A stretch of DNA of 32,000 nucleotides from Geotalea uraniireducens Rf4 (GCF_000016745.1 NC_009483.1:2550001-2582000), one strand, 5' to 3'; positions 20,134 through 27,531 are shown, counted from the first letter of the stretch. Notes: generated from the letters alone by a model not told the origin. Made by a program: numbers and translations.

Positions 20134-21318
20134 CTATTCTACAGAACTTCTGTTTATGGCGAGTGCGCAAGTATATCCACCAGCGTCATTGATAAAGTCG
20201 TAGACCATAATTGGTGGGTCGCTTTTCGGTAAGAGCAAACGCCCACATTCAATAGCAACGGGAGCTGGCACTGCGCAAAACAGATGGATTGGCTTATTGT
20301 GCCCATTGTTTGTGCGCAAAATTTCCAGCAAACGCCTATACTCATAGCTGAACGTCTTGAGTTTTGATCGCTTAGAAAGAAAATCACGGCTAGGATTAGC
20401 CACCGATAATTCATAGCAATTATATTCATCTCCCATAACCGCAGAGACAGTAGACTTGTTAACACTGCTGCTTATGGAGATAATTACAGCTGTCTTTGCA
20501 TCAGGGTCGTGTTCCTCCGGGCCACACAAACTATAATACTGTTCAGAAAGTTCTTCTGGACTTTCCTTCCATTTCCAGTCATCGGTTTTAAGATGTCTTT
20601 GGTAGAGGTCAACAGTCCTTTTATCACCAATAAGATTACCTAAAAACACCAGCAGTGGAATTGGTGCCAATGCAAAAACAGAGATATGATTGAATTCTCT
20701 CCTTTTGACGCCTTGGTTAAAAATCTCATCGAACTTTGTTTTGATAATTCGAGATAAGAATGGCCAGTATCCTTCACCTGTTTCTTTTTCCGGTATATCT
20801 GACAAATCGATTATGTACGCATTTTCGTCAGCTGGGTACTTAGGTAGAATTGCCTGAAAAGCATGCGCCTGGTCGATATGGAAAGTTTTTCCGGCAATTG
20901 GCGCTTGGAAAATAAGGACATGGGTCTTTGAGTCTTCTTGTATTCCAGTAAGCACCTTGATTCTTTTTTCGTGCTCTGTTTTGTATTCACGAAGCAGTGC
21001 AACTGGATACTTCGGTACGTGTTCAATGCTGTCAATAATTTTACCGTGTTTTCTGCATGTAAGCATTAGATTCGAAATATCAGTTGCAAGGCGAAAAGAG
21101 TCAACGGGGTTCCCTCTTGGGCCGTTCGGTTCATAGGCGATAATATGAGAAATGACCGCCAGGTTGTCGTGCAGTTTGGTTAAATCATCAGAATATAAAA
21201 TGTCATTACAGCCGCGGAATTGGCAACGTCCGGCTGCTCGTGCCCAAAGCTGATTGACAACTTTGTCGGGAATTTTTATGCGACCTGCTTTCTTCTTTTT
21301 TTCTGGCACTTCTGCCAT
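20134..21318 (-). CDS. cap5: CBASS effector Cap5: HNH endonuclease fused to a SAVED sensor domain
   Basis: N-terminal HNH-type region (CQFRGCN..., ISHIIAYEPNGPRGN, NLMLTCRKHGKIID). The roughly 270-aa C-terminal region has SAVED-like features (HLFCAVPAPVAIECGRLLLPKSDPPIMVYDF). GGAGGG Shine-Dalgarno sequence, 10 nt after the Cap3 stop. Confidence 0.85.
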   Translation of the reverse strand: MAEVPEKKKKAGRIKIPDKVVNQLWARAAGRCQFRGCNDILYSDDLTKLHDNLAVISHIIAYEPNGPRGNPVDSFRLATDISNLMLTCRKHGKIIDSIEHVPKYPVALLREYKTEHEKRIKVLTGIQEDSKTHVLIFQAPIAGKTFHIDQAHAFQAILPKYPADENAYIIDLSDIPEKETGEGYWPFLSRIIKTKFDEIFNQGVKRREFNHISVFALAPIPLLVFLGNLIGDKRTVDLYQRHLKTDDWKWKESPEELSEQYYSLCGPEEHDPDAKTAVIISISSSVNKSTVSAVMGDEYNCYELSVANPSRDFLSKRSKLKTFSYEYRRLLEILRTNNGHNKPIHLFCAVPAPVAIECGRLLLPKSDPPIMVYDFINDAGGYTCALAINRSSVE

Positions 21319-21328
21319 AAACCCTCCA

Positions 21329-21823
21329 TTACAATAATTTCAGCATTGTAATCGTTCTCGAACGTCTGTGCCCCTCCCACATCCGCATCTCAGAGGTGCC
21401 GACAATCAGAAAGAAGAGACTATCGCTGTCGACTATGTCATTTTTCAACTTCCTTTTCCAGTTGGTATCGTCGATGCTTGACGGCGACGGATGTGGTTCC
21501 GGGTGGGTATGCCACTCGCCCAGGTAGGTGCAGGTATGATTGCTGGCCTCCCATGCCCTATCGATTACCTGCTGATGCGCCCTCTTCTTCCGGAAGAAAG
21601 TTGTCCTCGTGGCCCTGTCTCCAGGCATCGGGAAAGAAATCTTGTCAATCACGACATCCTGCGAGTCGATAATGTAGCGCCCCAACATTACGCCGCCGCC
21701 TTCCGGTTTATGCCGGTCATTTTGGATATATCCATGGATGGATGCTATCACCTCGACCGGAAGTTTGATTCGGCCGCCGTTTGGCCGGGCATATACCAGG
21801 TTATCACACAGTTTCAGGTTCAT
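21329..21823 (-). CDS. cap3: CBASS Cap3, JAB/JAMM-family isopeptidase
   Basis: JAMM motif in EASNHTCTYLGEWHTHPEPHPSPSSIDD (E...HxH...S..D). The start is uncertain: ATG at 21823 (20-nt overlap with cap2) or TTG at 21865. Confidence 0.85.
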   Translation of the reverse strand: MNLKLCDNLVYARPNGGRIKLPVEVIASIHGYIQNDRHKPEGGGVMLGRYIIDSQDVVIDKISFPMPGDRATRTTFFRKKRAHQQVIDRAWEASNHTCTYLGEWHTHPEPHPSPSSIDDTNWKRKLKNDIVDSDSLFFLIVGTSEMRMWEGHRRSRTITMLKLL

Positions 21824-23534
21824 GGCAGACAGGGCATTCTTCAAAGTGGTAATTAGCTTCCTCAATAAAATGGTCGTTCGAGGCGGAATACCTCGACGAC
21901 AGTTTCTTGCCGTTCTTCAGGAACTCCGTAGCATCGCCCCGCCATGAACGAATCAGGTTTGTTTTGATGTCGCCATTCAGTGTGGCGATAGCCAGCCTCG
22001 TAGCGAGTTCGGCAGTCTTCATGGCGTCGAGCGACCCGAACGGCGTAAAGACATTTCGGCAGCCATTAATGTTTTTGGCGAAAGACTGACCTTTTTCGGC
22101 AAATGATGCTCGGCACCGTAAATCCCCATCCTCGGGCTGATACAGACATTTAAGGCACCCCTTCTTGGAGCCGTTCCTCGTAAGAAGCGCATGCCCGCCA
22201 ATGCCATATGGCTCAAGCCAGGTGAAGATGACCGGGGGTGAATCGATGCCATGAATGTACTTGCTAAAGACCAGTTCTACCGTGACATTCCCAAGGGCGG
22301 ATATTATGAGGTCGAAATCCCCTATTTTGATTTTTCCCGATTCCAGCGCATTCTCAAGAGACAAGGGGATTGGAAGCACCTCGACAAATGGCAGTCTTCC
22401 CTCGATGTCGTCTTTGATGCCATCGACCTTATTCTTGCCGACATGTTTCTTCCCGAGAACATGACGGAACAGATTCTCATGAGTCAGCACATCCTTGTCA
22501 AGGACGGTCAATCGCAAGATGCCGGCACGAGTCAGTTCGTTGGCGATGAATCCACCAACGGAGCCGCATCCAAGCAGCAGTACACGTTTTTCGCGCAATG
22601 CCAGGTTGCTTCCGCCCCGGGGGAGAAGATACTCCTTGTCTCTCCGGGTTATGGCCAAAGGGATTATTTCACTTGCCCTCCCTGCCTCGTGCAATGGGTG
22701 CTCATGATTGACCCCCTTGAACTTGATTCCAAAGAGCGTTTCACCATCGGAGGCCCTGGGTAGGCTGAGAAGAATCACCTCTTCGTGATGAGGTTTTGTT
22801 AAGAGCGACAGCAGTTCGGATTTCTGGTCTGCCCGCAGATTGTCGAAGACTATCTTGCGGATATCGAGGAGTTCCCAGAACTTGTCAGGGTGAGGCGGAG
22901 TGATGACTGTCCCAATGGGCAACGGAATGTAGATGGCAGGATAATGTTTCCAAGGTACATGGGGTTTAATCTTGCGGTATTTCTTGTAACTCTGCTCATC
23001 GTCTGCAAGGTACCCTGCCCCACCTTTAACTTTATAAAGATGGATTCTTTTGACCTGGTCGCCAGGCGAGACAATAGAGGTAAAGAACTTCACCTTTTTG
23101 AGGCGGTCCCAGTACGCTCCGAACTCGTCAAGGAAGTCTTGATGGTTCTTCCCAGAAATGCCATCTACGACAACCTGTATGGCCCTTGAAAGTGCCTCCT
23201 GGGCTATTCCGGCAACATCGTCGAAATCGAGGACAGAGCCATCCTCCTGCGCGTAACATATATACCCGTCTGTTTCAACATGAGGGAGGATGCCAAACGA
23301 ATCCCATTGCGCCAGAAAGATATACGGAAGAGATAACGGGAAGGACTTCTTGACCCCAAAATAGAAATCTACCGGCACCCCATTCAACTCAATTACCAGC
23401 TTGTAGCTACGGCAAACAAAGCGGTCCTTGGCCCACGGTTCTGCCAGGCGCTTTGGGTGGAGTTCCGCAACAGATTTAACCAGTAGGCATGTTTCAAGTG
23501 CCTCTTTCAACAAGGATTCATCATAATTAAGCAT
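21804..23534 (-). CDS. cap2: CBASS Cap2, E2-like / E1-like (ThiF) fusion
   Basis: N-terminal E2-like domain with PHVETDGYICY (candidate catalytic Cys). Central ThiF/MoeB Rossmann LLLGCGSVGGFIANELTRAGILRLTVLDKD. C-terminal CxxC pairs (GCLKCL, ECPVCH). The start is placed at the ATG at 23534, which overlaps the CD-NTase stop by 8 nt (ATGCTTAA). Confidence 0.88.
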   Translation of the reverse strand: MLNYDESLLKEALETCLLVKSVAELHPKRLAEPWAKDRFVCRSYKLVIELNGVPVDFYFGVKKSFPLSLPYIFLAQWDSFGILPHVETDGYICYAQEDGSVLDFDDVAGIAQEALSRAIQVVVDGISGKNHQDFLDEFGAYWDRLKKVKFFTSIVSPGDQVKRIHLYKVKGGAGYLADDEQSYKKYRKIKPHVPWKHYPAIYIPLPIGTVITPPHPDKFWELLDIRKIVFDNLRADQKSELLSLLTKPHHEEVILLSLPRASDGETLFGIKFKGVNHEHPLHEAGRASEIIPLAITRRDKEYLLPRGGSNLALREKRVLLLGCGSVGGFIANELTRAGILRLTVLDKDVLTHENLFRHVLGKKHVGKNKVDGIKDDIEGRLPFVEVLPIPLSLENALESGKIKIGDFDLIISALGNVTVELVFSKYIHGIDSPPVIFTWLEPYGIGGHALLTRNGSKKGCLKCLYQPEDGDLRCRASFAEKGQSFAKNINGCRNVFTPFGSLDAMKTAELATRLAIATLNGDIKTNLIRSWRGDATEFLKNGKKLSSRYSASNDHFIEEANYHFEECPVCHEPETV

Positions 23535-24567
23535 GTGCAGAGGCACTGGCCGTGGATATGGCGCGGCTCTTTTTTTCGCCGGTGTCAGGTTTTTCCGGAA
23601 CAGGGAAATCGTCCCCAAAGACCTTTTTCAGGGTTTCACATGCCTTTACCGGGTCCACTTCGCTGGCGGCCGAGTCGAGGGCCTCCAGCAGACTGCCCAG
23701 TTTCTCCTTCAAAGTTGCCATCTGATTGTCGGTCATCTTCTCGAACAACTCGGAATAGGGTTCAACTGGGAGGTACACTCTCAGTCGGTCGCCGAAATTG
23801 TTCAGCATCCCATTGACAACACCCCTTGTTGCCTGCAGGTCGTTGTATTTGTACGTGCTCGCCACGATGTCCATTAAGGTCTTGTTGGGGGTGAACCAAT
23901 TGTATGCCGCGATGGTCAGGCCTATGCCGATTGGCGCGGCGTTTCCGTTGGAAGAGAAGTTGTAATCCTTCCACCGCTTCAAATACCGTATTACCATGAC
24001 GAATTGTTTCTTGTCGTCTCCCGCATGTTTGTCCCCGACCGTATCCGCCAACTTTTGTGGTTCGGAGATTTCCCAACATTTGTTATCGTCGGACGAATTC
24101 AGTTTCCCTTTCGCTAGGTATTTCTTGCCGTCTGAGTTACACGACTCGTCGGAATATACAGCCAGGTCCACATGATAAACCGGCTCGTCTCCTTTCTGGT
24201 AGAAAACGGTAACGCATGGCCTTCTCATGTCGACTTTCTTGGTGTGTCCGTTCAAGGCGTCATATACCCATTCCTTGACCTCCACCGGGTCCAGATAGTT
24301 GTCTTTCGAGACGTTGAAGGACACCCCGACATCGATATCGTAGTCGCTGTCCAGCGGGATAATGCCGGTACCCATTTTATAGCTCCCCTGGTCAAAAGTC
24401 TGGTACGTGGGAACCGGTTCGTCCTTCTCCTCGAAAATAGTCTTCAGACGTGACTTCAGTTTATCAAGGACGATGTCTCGTTTTTCCCTCAGGATCTGGT
24501 TTTCATCGAACTTCTTGAGCTTTATTGCATCATGAAAGGTCTCAAAATATTTTTGAACATCAGCCAT
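23527..24567 (-). CDS. CBASS cGAS/DncV-like nucleotidyltransferase (CD-NTase, SMODS domain)
   Basis: Pol-beta NTase signature: GSYKMGTGI ... DYDIDVGV ... HVDLAVY (GS, DxD, third Asp). 346 aa. Ala-terminated flexible tail ...RAISTASASAHA. GGGAGG Shine-Dalgarno sequence. Confidence 0.88.
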   Translation of the reverse strand: MADVQKYFETFHDAIKLKKFDENQILREKRDIVLDKLKSRLKTIFEEKDEPVPTYQTFDQGSYKMGTGIIPLDSDYDIDVGVSFNVSKDNYLDPVEVKEWVYDALNGHTKKVDMRRPCVTVFYQKGDEPVYHVDLAVYSDESCNSDGKKYLAKGKLNSSDDNKCWEISEPQKLADTVGDKHAGDDKKQFVMVIRYLKRWKDYNFSSNGNAAPIGIGLTIAAYNWFTPNKTLMDIVASTYKYNDLQATRGVVNGMLNNFGDRLRVYLPVEPYSELFEKMTDNQMATLKEKLGSLLEALDSAASEVDPVKACETLKKVFGDDFPVPEKPDTGEKKSRAISTASASAHA

Positions 24568-24593
24568 ATTGCCTCCCTGAATAACGAAGTGAT

Positions 24594-24848
24594 CTACTTC
24601 TTCCCTCTTCCTTGCCTCTGCGCCAATGCACTCCCCGCCGCGGTCTTTGAATCTTTATTTGTCCGTCCGTCACTCAATACCTTTGAGGCCGCTGTTGCCG
24701 CCTTTGCAGATGTAACCTTCGCCGGTGCCTTGGTCTGAGATAATGCACTACCAGCCGCTGTTTTCGATTTTGGAGCAGTACTGCCGCTTGTCAGGGTTTT
24801 TGATGCACTTGTTGCAGCCTTTGAACCTGTCACTTTTGCCTTTGTCAT
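24594..24848 (-). CDS. 84-aa Lys/Ala/Ser/Thr-rich protein made of two ~36-aa repeats (unknown function)
   Basis: Strong AAGGAGAA Shine-Dalgarno sequence before the ATG at 24848. The stop lies 27 nt before the CD-NTase start. The two repeats (AKVTGSKAATSASKTLTSGSTAPKSKTAAGSALSQT and AKVTSAKAATAASKVLSDGRTNKDSKTAAGSALAQR) are conserved as protein but diverged at synonymous sites. Confidence 0.75.
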   Translation of the reverse strand: MTKAKVTGSKAATSASKTLTSGSTAPKSKTAAGSALSQTKAPAKVTSAKAATAASKVLSDGRTNKDSKTAAGSALAQRQGRGKK

Positions 24849-24892
24849 GATGTTCTCCTTGAGCAATATTTTTCGGCATTTCACAAACCCAA

Positions 24893-25408
24893 CTACCTGA
24901 AATTCCTCGCCGACCCGAAAAAATTCGCTATCGCAATTGTCATCGCCGGTTTACTCACCTGAAAGATCCCCGCCAGTTTGTCCGGATTCTTCAAATCCGA
25001 CTGATACTTCTTCAACTGTTCCACCGGTATAAGCAGTTCCGAAGCGAAGGCATCCGCTTCCTGTTCCTTAGGCGGTTTGGCATTTTCCGGCATATCCTCA
25101 CCATATTCCCGCGCCACCTCGGCATCGTAAAACTCCCGCTTGTCGTGGTTGAGAAAGATGTGACCCAACTCGTGAGCCAGGGTGAAACGGGCACGAACGA
25201 AAGGTTTTGCCTTGTTCAACATGGCAACCCGAGTTCCGTCTAGTTCCAGAATCATCCCATCAAGTTCATCCGGATCGTCGAGCTCGACATATTCCAGGCC
25301 GAGGCTCTCACAGATTACTTGCAGGTTCGTGGGAACCTCGTTGATCTTGTGCTTTTTCAGAATCTTTCGCGCCATCTCTCTGGCATAGGTGTAGTTTGCC
25401 GCGATCAT
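24893..25408 (-). CDS. ImmA/IrrE-family zinc metallopeptidase (CapP-like)
   Basis: HEXXH in TLAHELGHIFLNH, with a downstream EQEADAFASELLIP motif typical of COG2856/ImmA. An ATGA overlap joins it to the upstream HTH gene. Confidence 0.88.
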   Translation of the reverse strand: MIAANYTYAREMARKILKKHKINEVPTNLQVICESLGLEYVELDDPDELDGMILELDGTRVAMLNKAKPFVRARFTLAHELGHIFLNHDKREFYDAEVAREYGEDMPENAKPPKEQEADAFASELLIPVEQLKKYQSDLKNPDKLAGIFQVSKPAMTIAIANFFGSARNFR

Positions 25409-26292
25409 TGTCCGCCTCCAGCCTGATCCAGGCGCTCCAGGGCAGCTTTCACCCTTGCCAGATAGTCATCGCTTACCAGCTTCTGCTCCTGAGGGCTCCC
25501 CTTTTTCTGCGCCAGTTTTTCAAGGACCTTGTTGACACTGCTTGACTGTACCGCCGCTCCCTTGGCGTCGTAACAGGTAGAACGGGCATGCACCATGGTA
25601 ACGGAGTTTTTCATGTCAAAGATGGAGAGGGTTGCATTCAGCAGCCGCTTCAGGTTGTCGAGAGTAAGTCCGAAAAACCGGACGATTCTGGCCGTAACGT
25701 CGGGAGAAATCTTTTCCGGCGGAAAGTCGTTATTCTCAATCTTTACCAGGTCCGCCGGTTCGATTTCCAGAGAAGCGCAGACCACATCGGGCAAGAGTCT
25801 GGTGGCGGCAATCACTTCCCTGATGTATTCGCCAAAGGAGATATATTGCTCCAGCAGGGATGTATTGGCCTTTTGTATTGCGGTGGTCCGCTCATTCTGC
25901 AACAGGTTGACGCGGGCATCGGGCACCTTTTCGATGAGGTTATGCACCAACAGGTTCATTGACGGCGTGATCGCCACCTCTCCCCGTTCCCAGCGGCCGT
26001 AGGTATTGCGCCCGATCTGCAGCAGATCGCAAATCTCGTCCAGCTTCATATCAAGAACGCGGCGCAACGTTTTCAGTTGCTCCGGCGTCAGGAGCGGCTT
26101 CAGCCCGAACTCCATGGCGATCCTCTTCTTGTCGATCTCCAGGCTCTGGGCATGGGTAAAGGTCACCTCCCCGCAGGCCGGGCAGATTTCGCAATCAAGG
26201 TCGTGTAAGACGTGACTCTCGTCGTTGACGGTTATGGTAAGTTCGGTTTTGGCAGCGCGGTATTCGGCCTCAAAACAGTTCGTGCAGATCAT
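25405..26292 (-). CDS. MqsA-like zinc-ribbon plus XRE HTH protein with a second HTH-like domain and C-terminal extension
   Basis: N-terminal CxxC...CxxC ribbon (CTNCFEAEY...CEICPACGEVTF). HTH LTPEQLKTLRRVLDMKLDEICDLLQIGRNTYGRWERGEVAITPSMNLLV, as in MqsA/YgiT. A second XRE-like segment FGEYIREVIAATRLLPDVVCASLEIEPADLVKIENNDF. 295 aa, whereas I recall about 130 aa for MqsA. Confidence 0.8.
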   Translation of the reverse strand: MICTNCFEAEYRAAKTELTITVNDESHVLHDLDCEICPACGEVTFTHAQSLEIDKKRIAMEFGLKPLLTPEQLKTLRRVLDMKLDEICDLLQIGRNTYGRWERGEVAITPSMNLLVHNLIEKVPDARVNLLQNERTTAIQKANTSLLEQYISFGEYIREVIAATRLLPDVVCASLEIEPADLVKIENNDFPPEKISPDVTARIVRFFGLTLDNLKRLLNATLSIFDMKNSVTMVHARSTCYDAKGAAVQSSSVNKVLEKLAQKKGSPQEQKLVSDDYLARVKAALERLDQAGGGQ

Positions 26293-26303
26293 GGTCGTTT
26301 CCT

Positions 26304-26642
26304 CTATTTGATCGTGAAAGAGGTCAGCTTCCAGCCGATGAATTCACCGGTCTGCGGGTGGTAGTTGCTGCACACCTTGCAGTAAACCGCCACCCCGGTG
26401 GTGCTGGTCCCCTGTATCACATAGTGGGTGTTGTGCGGATTGCTTGCCCGCTCGCTCGTTGCCGGCATGGCCTTCTCAATAGTGTCGGCAGCCATGATGA
26501 CCTTTTCCACATCGGCCTCGTAGAGCTTGGCGCGATCCATGTCGTCCATGCAATCCCTGGTTTTACGTATCTTCCCCACCAGATAGGCATCCTTAATTCT
26601 CTTGAGGACAAGATCATCCAGTTCCGTTCCAATTGGTGTCAT
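26304..26642 (-). CDS. MqsR-like toxin-fold protein (tentative)
   Basis: 112 aa from the ATG at 26642. Hand alignment to E. coli MqsR recalled from memory: GKIRKTRDC vs GQVRTTRSA, VAVYCKV vs QVYLKIT, WKLTSFTIK vs LIVSFKEK. The gene order is toxin-first, as in mqsRA. Start could also be 26660. Confidence 0.55.
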   Translation of the reverse strand: MTPIGTELDDLVLKRIKDAYLVGKIRKTRDCMDDMDRAKLYEADVEKVIMAADTIEKAMPATSERASNPHNTHYVIQGTSTTGVAVYCKVCSNYHPQTGEFIGWKLTSFTIK

Positions 26643-26712
26643 ACATACCCCAGACAACATACTGCACCAATTGGTGTTATTATTAATATACCAATTGGTG
26701 TTTTGATGTCAA
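26627..26712 (-). promoter_or_regulatory. Sigma70-type promoter with three palindromic operators for the nine-gene operon
   Basis: On the minus strand: TTGACA (26712-26707), 16-nt spacer, TATATT. The 11-mer ACACCAATTGG occurs three times (plus-strand CCAATTGGTGT at 26691-26701, 26667-26677 and 26629-26639). The full palindrome CACCAATTGGTG is at 26665-26676. Confidence 0.75.
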
Positions 26713-26845
26713 TTAATTTCTCATTCCATGATTTTTGCTGCTGATTTCACCGAGCTACAACTCTCTGTCATCGCAGATAGCAAGGACAAAGCTATCAGCT
26801 CAGCTATATTCGTAATTTCGAAAACATGCAACAATACCCCAGAAA

Positions 26846-26889
26846 TCAAAAAAGCCGCCAATCAGCATATCCCTGACCCGGCGGCTTTT
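26846..26889. terminator. Bidirectional terminator-like hairpin upstream of the island promoter
   Basis: Stem AAGCCGCC (26852-26859) / GGCGGCTT (26880-26887), with inner TCAG/CTGA pairing. It is flanked by an A-run and a T-run. Confidence 0.55.
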
Positions 26890-27088
26890 ATCTACACGCA
26901 GTGCATCTATTCCACTTTTTATCACCCATCCAAAAAAACTCCGCATAACGCAATAAAATCAGCTTTCTATTTACACCCTGGATGCACTCGGTGTCAACCT
27001 TTAGAAGGGAAAAAGGGTCTGCGCTTGACAAGAGGCAAATGCTTTCTTTAACAATCCATTAATAACCTACACCCCATAAAAGACTAAT

Positions 27089-27185
27089 TTAACAGGGATG
27101 AACAGGATGAACGGGATGACACCACTCAAGCTAAATTCACTCCCTGTTAAGTCAGATTTGGGATTCTGTCAGAGGGCGTCATCCC
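27089..27185. repeat. Nested inverted repeats plus three tandem 9-mers
   Basis: TTAACAGGGA (27089-27098) / TCCCTGTTAA (27141-27150). Tandem GGGATGAAC-AGGATGAAC-GGGATGAC(A) at 27095-27121. GGGATGAC (27113-27120) / GTCATCCC (27178-27185). Confidence 0.6.
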
Positions 27186-27256
27186 TCGTCACTGGACAAG
27201 TCTCCAGCCGGCCTCGAAAGATCAGCCTTCCAAGCCATGTCTCCTCTTACCCACCA

Positions 27257-27288
27257 AACAAAAAAGCCGTCCCGTCAGCACGACGGAC
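27257..27288 (-). terminator. Rho-independent terminator (second of two after brnA)
   Basis: On the minus strand, a GTCCGTC / GACGG(G)AC stem followed by GGCTTTTTTGTTTGG. Confidence 0.5.
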
Positions 27289-27360
27289 CTTTCTACCCTG
27301 GATATTTACCCGCTTACCGGCGTATGGGCGTACCCTGACAACCTCCATAAGGCGGCACAA

Positions 27361-27388
27361 ACGAAAAAGGCCGCATTGTCGCGGCCTC
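27361..27388 (-). terminator. Rho-independent terminator after brnA
   Basis: AGGCCGC / GCGGCCT 7-bp stem with a 6-nt loop, followed on the minus strand by TTTTTCGTTTG. Confidence 0.6.
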
Positions 27389-27531
27389 ACGTGCAGAACT
27401 ATTGCTCTCAATCTACCTCTCTCACCGCAGAGAACGTAGAGGACGCAGAGGAATGCTAGAAATGACTTCAAGCAGCGCCTCAGGCTGCTACTTTCCGTTA
27501 AAGGTATAAGGCTGTCACAGCCGGCTTGTCC

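Noticed and set aside
23535-23618. N-terminal 28-codon extension of the Cap2 ORF (track start 23618)
   Set aside because: It would overlap the CD-NTase by 92 nt. The ATG at 23534 gives the 8-nt overlap typical of coupled CBASS genes, and the protein then begins at the conserved E2-like domain.
26728-27439. Plus-strand ORFs of 107 aa (26728-27051) and 113 aa (27098-27439) in the island's right flank
   Set aside because: They have no Shine-Dalgarno sequences or recognisable motifs, and they span hairpins, terminators and tandem repeats. The region is better explained as non-coding structured DNA.
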